DNA from: Scyliorhinus canicula
Lineage: Eukaryota
NCBI RefSeq assembly: GCF_902713615.1
Contig: NW_024056036.1
Span: forward strand, 372,001-436,000
Length of the DNA: 64,000 nucleotides
Reading direction: 5' to 3'
In this document: piece by piece, positions 34,322-47,439 of the stretch
How the letters are laid out: each line of letters starts with the position of its first letter
Numbering within the stretch: position 1 is the stretch's first letter
Made by a program: the position numbers and the translations under genes
Notes under the pieces: model-generated
What the model was told of the DNA's origin: nothing
The model's input: the letters and a program-made list of their open reading frames with translations, nothing else
Databases searched by the model: none

Positions 34322-36030
34322 TTAGACCATAAGACATAGGAGCAGAATTAGGCCACTTGGGATCTTTCTTGTGATCCTCCTCTGGACTCTTTCCAAGGCC
34401 AGCACATCATTCCTCAGATACAGGGCCCAAAACTGCGCACAATACTCCGAATGGGGTCTGACCAGAGCCTTATACAGCCTCAGAAGTACGTCCCTGGTCT
34501 TTTATTCTAGCCCTCTTGACATGAATGCTAACATTGCATTTGACTTCTTAACGCCGACTGAACCTGTACGTTAACCTTAAGAGAATCGTGAACAAGGACT
34601 CCCAAGTCCCTTTGTGCTTCTGATTTCCTCAGCATTTCCCCTTTGGAAAACAGCATTTCCTCATTTAGAAAATAGTCTAGGCCTAAATTCCTCCTTCCAA
34701 AGTGCATAACCTCACACTTTTCCATGTTGTATTCCATCTGCCACTTCATTGCCCACTCTCCTAGCTTGTCCAAGTCCTTCTGCAGCCCCCCTGCTTAATC
34801 AATACTACCTGTCCCTCTACAGATCTTTCTATCATCTGCAAACTTGCAACAGTGCCTTCAGTTCCTTCTTCCAAATCATTAATGTACGTTGTGAAAAGTT
34901 GTGGTCCCAGCATAGACCCCTAAGGCACACCACTAGTCACCGGCTGCCATTCTGACAAAGACCCCTTTATCCCCACTCCCTGCCTTCTGCCAGTCAGCCT
35001 ATCCTCTATCTATGCCAGGATCTTACCCTTAACACCATGGGTTCTTAACTTATTTAACAGTCTCGTGTGCGGCATCTTGTCAAAGGCCTTCTGGAAATCT
35101 AAATAAATCATGTCCACTGGTTCTCCTTTGTTTAACATCCTTGTTACCTTCTCAAAGAACTCTTAACAGATTTGTCAGACATGACCTCTCTTTGACAAAG
35201 CAGTGCTGACTCAGTCCAATTTTATCATGCACTTCCAGCTACAATCTCATCTTTAATAATGGACTCTCGGGGCCAGCACAGTGGATAGCATTAGGACTGC
35301 AGCGCTGAGGACCCGGGTTCGAATCCCGGCCCTAGGTCACAGTCCGTGTGGAGTTTGCACATTCTCCCCCTGTCTGTGTGGGTTTCACCCCCACAACCCA
35401 AAAGATGAGCAGGTTGTGTGGATTGGCCATGCTAAATTGCCCCTTAATGGGCTCTAAAATCTGACCAATGACTGAAGTCAGGCTAACCGGCCTAAAATTT
35501 CCCATTTTCTGCCTCCCTCCCTTCTTAAACAGCGGTGTTATATTTGCCACTTTCCAGTCCAGTGGGACCCTTCCTGCCTCCAGTGATTCCTGAAAGATCA
35601 CCACCAATGCCTCCACAATCTCCTTGGCTATCTGTTTCAGAACCCTGGGGTGTAGTCCATCCAGTCAAGGTGATTTATCCACCTTCAGACCTTTTCAGTT
35701 TCCCCAGAACCACCTTCTTAGTGATGCCACTGCACTCACCGCTTGGAGGAAACCTCAATTGTGTACTCTAATCTAAAATGAACTGGTCCAAGCCAATTCA
35801 ACTGCTACAAAAAAGAGATGAAACCTGACGGGCCTCCTGATTTATTTTCTGCCCCACATCCTGACTCCTGCTGAGGGGCCTGTACATAACTCCCATCAGG
35901 ATCTTTTTATCTTTGCCATTCCTCAACTCTACCCACAGAGATTCTATGCTTTCTGATTGTATATCGCTAATTGCTATGGCTTTCACTACGACCTCTGGCT
36001 GTTCACTGTCCCCCTCAGGATGTCCTGCGT
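34322..36030 (-). mobile_element. CR1 LINE inserted into the second exon of a ZNF-type 5' module; contains a short V-SINE (35268-35450)
   Basis: Reverse-complement CR1 tail at 34322; DKLGEWAMKWQMEYNMEKCEVMHFG and FKKGGRQKMGNFRPVSLTS. The host exon ggggattag|...ggaggatttacacacagcaaattc is uninterrupted in the paralog at ~55457. Confidence 0.85.
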
Positions 36031-36559
36031 TGGTTCTGATTATAAGCGGAGGATTTACACACAGCAAATTCAAACCAGGAGAAATATTTATCTTTCCTGA
36101 ATTTCAATTCTGGACTGACAGTGATGCCTTTGTAAACTTCTTTCACAGGGGCTTAGAAAGGGATTTGCAGACAGGAAATTCACAACCAATCCTCACATCA
36201 AATTCTGACAGCACCATTCGGGTTCTCAGGATCTGGAGGTTATTGACCTTTTGTGTGTAAGCATTGAGTTCAGATCATTATCACTCACTGTGTTAAATTT
36301 CTCCCTCATATCTCCTCTGTGGATCTTGCTCGCAATCAGAAATCTGTGTCCCAGAATCCCATAATAACAGATTTCTTTATCTTTTGCCGGGTTTGCTGTT
36401 ATCGTTTCCGGTGCCTGGGTCGATCCGGGTGGTCCCCCCGGTTTCATTCCTGTTTTGTGTATTTGTAGTGGTTGAATAGGCTTCAACCAGTCCATTATCA
36501 GATCCAATACAAAATAAAATCTCCTCCAAGAATCAATTGATGTGCATTCAGGTCTGGGA

Positions 36560-37050
36560 TGGATCCCAACAATTTTTTTTACGAATGCCACATCGCCCCA
36601 GTTAGGGGCTTAGCCATTCACCAACACCACCAATGTACCCGCCAGTGACCCACTGACCACCACGTATCTGCCATTAGTGTCCGCAATGATCCGAGTAACC
36701 GAAAGAGGGATCTGTTTATTGATTAGAATTGCAGCACCTCAAACCCTTAGTCAAAGCCCGAGTGAAACACTTGGCTCCCCGCTCCGCAGTCCGGTCTGAT
36801 CTCTAACCCTTAGTCAAAGCCCGAGTGAAACACTTGGCTCCCCGCTCCGCAGTCCGGTCTGATCTCTAACCCTTAGTCAAAGCCCGAATGAAACACTTGG
36901 CTCCCCGCTCCGCAGTCTGGTCTGATCTCTAACCCGCGAGTGAGTCTCCTGGAAGAACACTACACCAGCATGTAGAATTTTTAGGGAGTGAAAACTCTCG
37001 ACCTTCACTGGTCCACCCAATTATTTTACGTTCCAGTTGATCAGCCAGAT
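36560..37050 (-). mobile_element. L1 endonuclease relic containing a 63-bp triplication (36742-36935)
   Basis: Minus strand reads RLINWNVK...FQETHSR...GAAILINKQIP...DTNGRYVVVSG. Repeat starts at 36743, 36806 and 36869. Confidence 0.8.
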
Positions 37051-37094
37051 CAGGGGTCTCCCACCTCTTTCCTATCATGGAATCAACTATTTGG

Positions 37095-37415
37095 GGAAGC
37101 ACGGTAGCACAGTGGGTAGCTCTGTTGCTTCACAGCTCCAGAGTCCCAGGTTTGATTCCCGGCTTGGGTCACTGTCTGCGGAGTCTGCGCGTTCTCCCGT
37201 GTCTGCGTGGGTTTCCTCCGGGTGCTCCGGTTTCCTTCCACAGTCCAAAGACTTGCAGGTTAGGTGGATTGGTTCTGCTAAATTGCCCGTAAGTGTCGAA
37301 AGGTTAGGTGGGGTTGCTAGTTTAGGGGGATTGGGAAGAGCTGTGGGATGGGGGTGCTCTTTTGGAGGCTGGTGTGGATTCGTTGGGCCGAATGGCCTCC
37401 TTCAGCACTGTATGA
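37095..37415 (+). mobile_element. V-SINE
   Basis: Head, V core and CR1-type tail. Confidence 0.85.
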
Positions 37416-38049
37416 AATTTCCACTGAGGGACTATTCAGTACATCTTCAAAAAGTACAGGCCAAGGATCCACTCAAGATGGCTGCCACACACACACACAC
37501 ACACACACTCCCTCAGATTAAAACAAAAATAGCTATATTGTCATCATCAGTGAGCTACAACCCCCCCCCCCCTCCCCCACCCCCATTTTCCTCCCAACAC
37601 ATCCGACACACACTGGATGAAAACCCAACCACAGGCTCTGGCCAAAACTGGTTCACCGGCTGCAGATTCACCCCCCCCCCCCCCCCCCCCCCCCCCAAAT
37701 CTCACTCCCATTCACCAGCTGATTGCTGGTGGGGCAGCTCCTCTCAGGACAAAAATAAAATGAAAACAACGATATTGTCCACCTGGAGAATAAACATATT
37801 TCAGAATGCAGTCCCTTTATTAGCCTTAAGTTCCAAAGGTGTCCCTCTCCCCCCATGTATCTACCTTGTGCTTCATAAAGTAAATCTCCCTTCCTCCCCA
37901 CACAGAAACACATTGTGTTTCTATCAGACAATATCAAAGACTATATACAGGAAATACCCATCCCACCCACCCGGAAATGTAGATCTTGTCCAATACAGAT
38001 AATTGGACCCAGTCCGTGCCTCGCCAGCTCGGCTCCCACATCCTGGTAC

Positions 38050-39150
38050 ATCCTCACTGGGGTAACTGAGTGAATCCCTTCCCACACTCCGAACAGGTGA
38101 ATGGTCTGTCACCCGTGTGACTACGGTGATGAATCTCCAGCTCACACGGGAAACTGAATCCCTTCCCAAAGTCCCCACATTTCCACGGTTTCAGCATGCT
38201 GCTGGTGTCCTTGTCCCTCTCCAAGTTTGACGATTGGTTGAAATTTTACCTCCACAGAGAACATGTGTATGGTCTCTCCCCGCTCTGAATGGTGTGATGT
38301 TTTTTCAGACTGTGTAACTGGTTAAAGCTCTTTCCACAGTCAGTTCACTGGAACACTGTGTATCGGGGCTTTTTCAGTCACGCTGATCTTTAAAATCGTT
38401 TCCTACAGACAAACATTTTTGCTTCCACATTCACAGACCAATGATCCTGATGAATGGAGCGACTCTGTTAAATCTTGATGTGAAGTTTGATTTGAGTTTC
38501 CATCTGTAAATCCTCCCCTTGTAATATCCTGTAAAAGGAGTTTGCAAAAGTCAGCACTAGGGGCAGGCACAGTGGCTCAATGGTTAGCCGAGAACCCGGG
38601 TTTGATCCCGGCCCCGCGTCACTGTCTATATGGAGTTTTCACAGTCTCCCAGTGTCTGCGTGGGTCTGGCCACGACAATCCAAAAAGATGTGCAGGGTAG
38701 GTGAATTAGCCACGCTAAAATGACTGGGTTACGGGAGAAAGGGGAGAGGGTGGAGGTGTGTGCCTTAAGTAGGGTGCCCTCTCTAAGGCTGGTGCAGTCA
38801 CAGTGGGTTGAATGGCCTCCTTCTGCACTGGAAATTCTGTAAACCCCTTAATTGGGGAAAAAGTGAATTGGGTAATCCAAAGATATATTTTTTTAAATAA
38901 AAAAAAAACAAAAGCCATCACTGACAGTCCAGGATAAAAATTCTGAACAGACAATTCTAGTTTCTCTGGAACATTTTTCCCTCTCTTGTTCCCCCAAAGC
39001 TGTAAATTCCCGTCCCACAAACTCTCCCTCCTCCCTGGGCTGAAATCTAAACCCATCTCACCATCTGCACCATTTCTTTCCTCCACTCCCAGTTTTCTCC
39101 CTCCCTCCCCTCTGCCTGGGTTCAGTTCTCCAGCTCCTGTCTGCAGACTG
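38050..39150 (-). pseudogene. Inverted, truncated C2H2-ZNF pseudogene (V-SINE inserted at 38560-38860)
   Basis: Minus strand reads [45 protein letters not shown] and then breaks off. Acceptor (ccttttacag) near 38530 and intron sequence at 38930-39070 are homologous to 25290-25460. Confidence 0.75.
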
Positions 39151-39299
39151 ACAATAAAACCAATGGGTCTTATTGGGGGGTTTGGGGCCTTCAGGGGGGG
39201 TTTGTGAATCCTCTCCGCCCACCTGCCAGGGTTTCCTTCCTTCCCACAGATCAGAGTCCTCATTGACGATTTGAGCCCAAAATAGAACCAAGCTAAATT

Positions 39300-39580
39300 G
39301 CACAGCGGTTAGCACAGTTTCTTCACAACGCCAGGTTCAATTCCCGGCTTGGGTCACTGTCTGTGCGGAGTCTGCACGTCCTCCTCATGCGTGGGTTTCC
39401 TCTGAATGGTCTGATTTCCTCCCACGAGCCCGAACGTCGTGCTTGTTAGGTGAATTGGACATTCTGAAATCTCCCTCTGTTTACCCGAATAGGCACCAGA
39501 ATGTGGCGACTCGAGGCTTTTCACAGTAACCTGCAGTGTTAATGTAAACCTACTTGTGACAATAAAGATTATTATATTAT
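39300..39580 (+). mobile_element. SINE family B
   Basis: V-type body, tail cttttcacagtaac...cttgtgacaataaagattattatatt. Confidence 0.85.
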
Positions 39581-41067
39581 AAATCGATAGGGGCGGGGGG
39601 GAACAATTTCATGTAGATTTGCGGCTCCACAAAGTGTTTCAGCTCCTCCCACCCATCTCCTGAACAGGTTGATGCATTCATTTGTCTGACTAAAAGGATG
39701 GTCGCTAGTGGCACAGTGGTGCAGCGGTTAGCACTGCTGCCTCACGGCACCGAGGACCGGGTTCGATCCCAGCCTCGGGTCACTAACCGTGAGGAGTTTC
39801 ACATTCTCCCCATGTCCTGAAGATGTGCAAGGTAGCTGGATTGGCCACACTAAATTGCCCCTTAATTGGAAAAAAATAATCAGTTATTCTAAACGGTCTC
39901 TTTCCTAATGTTCACAATTAAAGGGGTGGGTTCCACAGGAGATGGCTGACATTTCAGTGGACGGTAAATTAATAATGGACAGAGATATGTCCCGCCATGT
40001 TCTTTTATGGAACATGCTAGATATATTATTTACAGTTTTTATAGTAAAGTATTATTTCTCGCCTTGTAATATAAGACTGTAGCTACATTATAGATTTCCA
40101 GTCATCCTCCACAGGGACCAGTTGTATCTGGGGGTCATTGAATATATTGAAACACAAGTTTGACAGATATTTTATTGACAATGGAGTTGAGGGTTATGGG
40201 GAACAGGTAGGAAAGTACAGAGAAAGCTGAGATGAGGAGGGATCACTTCACTCGAGGATGTGGTGAAGCTTTGGAATTCTCTACCCCAGAGGAATGTGGA
40301 GCCTCAGGCATCAGGTATGTTCAAGACAAATATTGATAGGTTTCTAGATATTAAAGATATCGAGGGATATGGGGATTGTGTGGGGGAAATGGTGCCGAGG
40401 TAGATCGGCCAAGGATCTCATTGAATGGTTGAGCAGACTCGGTGGGCCGAATTGCCGACTCTTGCTCCTATTCTAATCTCTGTGTCCTGGTCAGGAAGCA
40501 GTGAGCTGAGCTTGGATCTGTCAATCAACATGAATCAGCACCTTCAGGAGAATTGGGAGGGTGAGTATTAGATACAGCAGAGTGAGAATGGAGGGAGAGT
40601 GTGTGGGATGGAGATTTACAGCTTTTGGAGAACGAGAGAGGAACTCGACTTGTCAGCTCTGAATTTCTATCCTGTACTGACTGATGACTTTTGTAAATTG
40701 TTTTTAAAGGATATTGGAAGAGGAGGAATTACAGACAGAAATCTCAAACATCACAACTTGATACGACAAACTCACTTAATTCCTTCTGACCTGAATATCA
40801 TCGGTGCACAGAAGAAATGTTTGTCCGATCTGTCGGCTTCCAAAAGGTTTTAAACGTGAGTGTGACTGGAAACGTACCGAGACCCACACAACACACACCC
40901 GAGTGAGAGTGTTCCAGTGAACTGACTGTGGAAAGATCTTTAACCAGTTACACAGCCTGAAAAAACATCACACTATTCACAGTGAGGAGAGACAGTGAAC
41001 ATGTTCTGTGTATAGACAAGGCTTCCACTGATTGTCCAATCTGGAGAGACACGAGGAGACCCAAAAC

Positions 41068-41745
41068 ATGGAGAAACCGTGGAAATGTGGGGACTCTGAG
41101 CTGGAGGTTCATCGGCGCAGTCACACTGGGGAGAGGCCATTCACCTGCTCTCAGTGTGGGAAGGGATTCACTCGGTTATCCCACCTGCAGACACATCAGC
41201 GAGTCCACAATGGGGAGAGGCCATTCACCTGCTCTCAGTGTGGGAAGGGATTCAGCCATTCATCCACCTTGCAAACACATCAGCGAATTCACACTGGGGA
41301 GAGGCCATTCACCTGCTCTCAGTGTGGGAAGGGATTCATTGATTTATCCACCCTGCAGAGACATCAGCGAGTTCACACTGGGGCGAGGCCATTCACCTGC
41401 TCTCAGTGTGGGATGGGCTTCACGCAGTTATCCAGCCTGCAAGCACACAAACGAATTCACACTCGGGAGAAGCCATTCACCTGCTCTCAGTGTGGGAAGA
41501 GATTCCGTGCTGCATTCTCCCTGCGAAGACATCAGCGAACTCATACTGGGGAGAAGCCATTCACCTGCTCTCAATGTGGGAAGGGATTCGCTCAGTTATC
41601 CAGTCTGCGAAGACACCAGCGAGTTCACACTGGGGAGACGTCATTCATCTGCTCTCAGTGTGGGAAGGGATTCAGTGATTTTTCCATCCTGGAGAGACAC
41701 CAGTGTGTTCACACTGAGGAGAGGCCAGTCACCAGCTCTCAGTGA
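41068..41745 (+). CDS. C2H2 zinc-finger array protein (ZNF-2): deleted first finger, then 7 intact fingers; possibly a pseudogene
   Basis: MEKPWKCGDSELEVHRRSH (in-frame deletion removes the second Cys), seven TGE(R/K)PF-type fingers, TGA, then a decayed finger to ~41860. The 5' flank 40190-41060 is paralogous to 24930-25900. Confidence 0.75.
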   Translation: MEKPWKCGDSELEVHRRSHTGERPFTCSQCGKGFTRLSHLQTHQRVHNGERPFTCSQCGKGFSHSSTLQTHQRIHTGERPFTCSQCGKGFIDLSTLQRHQRVHTGARPFTCSQCGMGFTQLSSLQAHKRIHTREKPFTCSQCGKRFRAAFSLRRHQRTHTGEKPFTCSQCGKGFAQLSSLRRHQRVHTGETSFICSQCGKGFSDFSILERHQCVHTEERPVTSSQ

Positions 41746-42036
41746 GTGAAGGGATTTATTGCTTCATCCACCCTGTGCAAACAGCAGCGGATTCACACGG
41801 GCAGAAGTCATTCATCTGCTCCCTATGTGGGAATGGATTCACACAGTTATCCAGTCTGCAGAAGGGTTTACATAGAATATAGGAGCAGGAAGAGGCCATT
41901 TGGTCCGACGAGCCTGCTCCACCATTCATCGTGATCGTGGCTTGTCTCCAACTCAATAGCTTAATCCTGATTTCCCCTCCATATCCTTTGATCTCTTTCA
42001 CCCTAAGTGCCATATCTAACTGCTTCTGCTGTGTCG

Positions 42037-42330
42037 GCAGCACAGTGGTTAGCACTGTGGCTTCACAGTGCCAGTGTCCCAGGTTCGATTCCTGGCTTGG
42101 GTCACTGTCTGTGCGGAGTCTGCATGTTCTCCCCATGTCTGCGTGGGTTTCCTCCAGATGCTCCGGTTTCCTCCCACTCATCCTGAACGTTGTGCTGTGA
42201 GGTAATTTGGATATCTTGAATTCTCCCTCCGTGTACCTGAACAGGCGCCGGAATGTGGCGGCAAGGAGCTTTTCACAGTAACTTCAATGCAATGTAAGCC
42301 TACTTGTGACAACAAAGATTATTATTATTC
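42037..42330 (+). mobile_element. SINE family B inserted in a minus-strand CR1 tail (41866-42365)
   Basis: Host ...ccatatctaactgcttct resumes as ttgaaaacatacaatg after the SINE's (att)n tail. Confidence 0.8.
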
Positions 42331-42365
42331 TTGAAAACATACAATGTAATGGCCTCAACTACTTC

Positions 42366-44650
42366 AAACAACAAAGAAGAACAATACAGCACAGGAACAG
42401 GCCCTTTGGCCCTCCAAGTCCGTACCGTCATGATGGCAACCTTTGCCGAAACCCTCGGCACTTCCTTGTGCCGTATCCCTCTATACCCATCCTATCCATG
42501 TGTTTGTCAAGGTGCCTTTTGAACGTCGTTAATGTATCTGCTTCCACAACCTCCCCTGGCAATGCATTCCAGGCACTCACCACCCTCTGTGTTTTTTTTA
42601 AAAACCTGTCATGCACATCTCCTCTAAACTTTGCCCTAAGGATGTTTAACCTATGCCCCCTTATGACTGACCCCTCCACCCTGGGAAAGAGTGCCTGTCC
42701 CCTCCACTCTATCCATGCCCCTCATAATCTTGTAGACCTCTATCAGGTCACCCCTCAACCTCCGTCTTTCTAATGAAAACAATCCGAGTCGATTCAGCCT
42801 CTCCACATACCTAACACGCTCCAGACCAGGCACAATCCTGGTCAACCTCCTCTGCACCCTCTCCAAAGCCTCCACATCCTTCTGGTAAGTGTGGTGACCA
42901 CAATTGTGCGCAATATTCCAAGTGCAGCCTTACTAATGTTCTTTACAGCTGTAGCATGACTTGCCAGTTTTTATACTCGATGAAGGCAAGCATTCCATAC
43001 TCTTTCTTGACTACCTTGTCCACTTGAGTTGCCACCTGAAAAGATCCGTGGTCCTGCACACCCAGATCTCTCTGACTTTCTATATTCCTCAGAGTTTTAC
43101 CATTTATGGAATATTTTACCTCTGTTAGACCTACCAAAATGCATTACCTCTTATTTGTCCAGATCAAACTCCATTTGCCATTTCTCTGCCAAGTCTCCAA
43201 CCTATCTATGTGTTGCTATATTTTCCGTCAATTCTCACCACTATCTATCACTCCACCAACCTTGGTGTCATTCACAAACTGACTAATCAGACCGGCTACA
43301 TTTTCCTCCAAATGGTTTATGTACACTGCAAACAACAGAGGCCCCAGCACAGATCCCTATGGAACACCACTAGTCACAACCTTCCATTCGGGAAAAACAT
43401 CCTTCTACTGCTACCCTTTGCCTTCTGTGAGCAAGCCAGTTCTGTACCATTCTTACCACCTCACCTCTGATCCCACGTGACTTCACCTTTTGTACCAATC
43501 TGCCATGAGGCGCCTTGTCAAAGGCTTCATTGAATTCCATGTAAACAACATCCACTGCCCTCCCCTCATCAATCATCTTTGTTACCTCCTCAAAAACTCA
43601 ATCAAGTTAGTGAGGCACGGCCTCCCCTACATAAAACCATGCTGTCTGTCACGAGTCCATTTGTTTCCAAATGGGTATAAATCCTGTCCTAGAGAATTCT
43701 CTCCAGTAATTTACCTACAACCGAGGTGAGGCTCACTTGTCTATAGTTCCTGGGATTATCCTTGCGACCTTTCTTAAACAGCGGTACCACATTAGCTATT
43801 CTCCAGTCCTCTGGGATCTCACCTGTAGCCAATGAGGACACAAAGATGTCCGTCAGGGCCCCAGCAATTCCCTCCCTTGCTTCCCTCGGTATTCTGGGAT
43901 AAATCCCATTTGGCCGAGGAGACGTACCTACCTTTAATATATTTTAAAAGACCCAATACCACCTCGTCTTCGATGTTGACATGATTCAGACTGTCCACAC
44001 ACCCACCCAAGAATGAACTTTCACAAAGTCCCTCTTTAGTGAATATTGATGCAAAGTATTCATTTCCTCTGGCTCAACACATAGATTTCCCCCTACTTTC
44101 CTTAAGTGGTCCAATCCTTTCCCTGGCCACCCTCTTGCTTTTTACACATGAATAAAAAGCTTTGGGATTCACCTTGATCCTACTTGCCATGGACTTTTCA
44201 TGACCTCTTCCAGTCCTCCTAATTTCCCGCTTCAGTACATTCCTACTTTCTTTATACTACTCGAGGGTTTTGACTGTCCCCATCCTTCTAGACCATACAA
44301 AAGTCTCCTTTTTCTTTTTGACGAAGTCCCTTGTCTTCCAAGACTCCCTAAACTTCCCATACTTACCCTTCGTTCTTTCAGGAATGTGACTTTCCTAAAT
44401 CCTAATCAACTGGCGCTTGAAAGACTCCCACATGTCCGATGTTGATTAACTATCCAACAGTCGCACGCAATCCAAATTCTTCGATTCCTGTCTAATGTTA
44501 TCGTAATTTGTCTTTCCCCAGTTTAGCTCCTTAACGTGAGGGTTACCCCTGTCCAAAAGTACCCTAAAACATACAAAATTGTGGTCACTACTCCCAAAAT
44601 GTTCCCCTACTGAAACCTCAACCACCTGTCCAGGCTCTCCCCAATACCAG
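42366..44650 (-). mobile_element. Decayed CR1 LINE
   Basis: EALERVQRRLTRIVPGL...RRRLRGDLIEVYKIMRG; AVDVVYMEFNEAFDKAPHGRLVQKV. Confidence 0.9.
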
Positions 44651-44789
44651 ATGTAGTACTGCCCCTTTGCTATGTTGAACTATCTGCATATTGCATCAAG
44701 TAATATTCCACATGCTCACCACTCTGGTGAAATTTCTCCTCTTCTCTGTCCTAAATGGTCTACCCCGTATCCTCAGACTGTGACGTCTG

Positions 44790-46517
44790 GTACTGTACAC
44801 TCCCACCATCAAACCTGTCAAGTCCTGTTAAAATATTATAGGTCTCTGAGATCCCCACCCTCCCTCATTCTTCTGAACTCCAGCGGGTACAATCCTAACT
44901 GATTCCATCTCTCATACGTCAGTCCCACCATCCCAGGAATGAGTCTGGTAAACCTTCGCTGCACTCTTTCTCAAGCAAGAACATCCTTCCTCGGATAAGG
45001 AGAACAATACTACACACAATATTCCAGGTATGGCCTCGCCCTGTCCTGTATAATTGCAGCAAGATATTCCTGCTCCTGTACTCGAATCCGCTCGCAATGA
45101 AGACCAGCATATCATTTGCCTTCTTTAACGCATTTCTCCAAATTATACTGTATCTGCCATTCATTTGCCCCTCACTCAACTTGTCCCAATCACACTGAAG
45201 GATCTCTGCATCCTCCCCACAGCTCACCCTCCCACGCAACATGTGTCATCTGCAAATTTGGATATGATCATTGAAATCATTAATATATAGGATGGTGCAG
45301 TGGTTAGCACAGCTGCCTCATGGAACTGAGGATCAGGATTCACTCCCGGCCTTGGGTCACTGTCCATGTGGAGACAGGTTCTCCCCGTGTCTGCATGGGT
45401 CTCACCCCCACAACCCAAAGATGTGCAGGGTAGGTGAGTTGGTCACATTAAATTGCCCCTTAATTGGAAAAAAAGAATTGGGTACTTTAATTTTTTTTTA
45501 AAAATCATTAATATGAATATCTTGCATCCGAGCACCGATCCCTGCGGTACCCCACTAGTCACTGCCTGCCAATTTGAAAAAGACCCATTAATACCTACTC
45601 TTTGTTCCCTATCTGCCAACCAGTTTTCTATTCACTCCCATGTGCTTTTATTTTACACACTAATTTCTTATACAGGACTTTGTCAAAAGCCATCTGAAAG
45701 TCCAAATATAATAATAATCACTTATTGTCACAAGTAGGCTTCAATGAAGCTACTGCAGAAAGCCCCCAGTCGCCACAATCTGCCGCCTGTTCGGGGAGGC
45801 TGGTACAGGAATTGAACTTGCGCTGCTGCCTTGTTCTGCATTACAAGCCAGCTATTTAGCCCAGTGTGCCAAACCAGCCCCTATACCACATCCACTGGCT
45901 CTCCCTCATCAACTCTACCAGTTACACCCTGGAAGCATTCCAGTAGATTTGTCAAGCATGATTTCCCCTTCATCAATCCATGCTGACTCTGTCCGATCCT
46001 GCCACTGGTTACTCAGTACTTTGCTATAAAACCTTTGATAATTGATGCTAGTATTTTCCCCACTGTCGATGTCAGGCTTACTGGTCTACAATTCCCTGTT
46101 TTCTCTCTATCTCCCTTTTTAAATAGTGGAGTTACATAAGCCACCCTCCAATCTGCATGAACTGTTCCAGAGTCTATAGAATCCTGGAAGATGACCACCA
46201 ATGTATCCACTATTTCTAGAGTCACTTCTTTAAGACCTTTGGGTTGCAGATTATCAGGCCCAGGGGATTTATCAGCCTTCCATCCCATCAATTTCCCCAA
46301 CACCATTTCTCTACTAATATTAATCTCCTTCAGTTCCTCCCTCTCACTAAATCCTGCATTCCCCAACATTTCTGGGGCAGGATTTTCCGACCGCCCACCA
46401 GGTTGGAGAATCGCAGTGGGACGGCGGCACCTCCGCCGGCTGCCGAATTCTCTGACTCTGATGATTTGCCCCGGGGGGGGGGGGGGGGGGGGGGAATCGC
46501 GCCGCACCAGTATGCGG

Positions 46518-46554
<37 letters not shown>

Positions 46555-47420
46555 CCCCCGGTGATTCTCTGGGCCGAGTGGCCACCTGATTTTTTGCCTG
46601 TCCCACCGGCGTAAATTAGAGTAGGTACTTACTGGTGGGACCTGGTGGCATAGGCGGCCTCCGGAGTCCTCGAGAGGGCACGGGGGGATCTGGCCCCAGG
46701 AGGTGCCCACACGGTAGCCTGGCCCGCGATCGGGGCCCACCGATCTGCGGGCAGGCCTGTGCCGCGGGGGCACTCTCATCCTCCGTGTCGGCTGCTGTGG
46801 TCCTCCACCATGGCCAACGCGAAGAAGATACTCCCTGCGCATGCGCTGGGATAACGCCAGCACACGCTAGCACTTGCCACATGCGCCAACTCGTGCCAGC
46901 TGGTGGAGGCCCTTCGCCTCCAGTTGACGTGGTGCCAAGCCCCATGCTAGCAAGGTGCAAACCACTCTGGCGCTGGCATAGTCTCTGACTGTGCTGAGGA
47001 TTCTGCACCTTTGGGGTGGCCCGACGCTGGAGTTGTTCACGCCTCTCCTTCCCGCCGGACTTGCCCGGCCCGCCAATTTCCGCACTATCCTGCCCCGGTA
47101 TCTGATTTGTGCCCTCATTTGTGAAGACAGAACCAAAGTATATATTTATTTGCTCAGCCATTTCTTTGTTCCCTATTATACATTCCCCTGTTTCTGACTG
47201 GAAGGAACCTACATTTGTCTTCACCAATCTTTTTCTCTTCACTTACCTATAGTAACTTTTACAATCAGAATAATTTCCTGTTTTATTCCATTCCCACTGC
47301 AGTTTGGGCGTCTGTATACGATGCCTATTTTTTTTTTTTTGCCCCTTGGTGTTTCTCAGTTCTACCCATAGAGATTCCATATTGTCGGAGCTAATGTCCT
47401 TCCTCACTATTGTACTAATT
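44790..47420 (-). mobile_element. Decayed CR1 LINE carrying nested SINEs (45290-45490, 45707-45880) and a TIR element
   Basis: ADKSPGPDNLQPKGLKE...FKKGDREKTGNCRPVSLTS; KTNVGSFQSETGECIIGNKEMAEQ; TNQIP|PEMLG is split by the TIR element. Confidence 0.88.
46374..47096. mobile_element. Non-autonomous DNA transposon/MITE with terminal inverted repeats (PIF/Harbinger-like, tentative)
   Basis: Ends GGGGCAGGAT...ATCCTGCCCC; GC-rich; cleanly interrupts CR1 codons; imperfect short TSD (CTGG/CCGG or CWG-like). Confidence 0.75.
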
Positions 47421-47439
47421 TCCTCTTTTTTTTATAAAT

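Noticed and set aside
46191-47242. GC-rich ORFs of 100-200 aa on both strands
   Set aside because: They come from the GC-rich TIR element and CR1 flanks; no transposase motifs.
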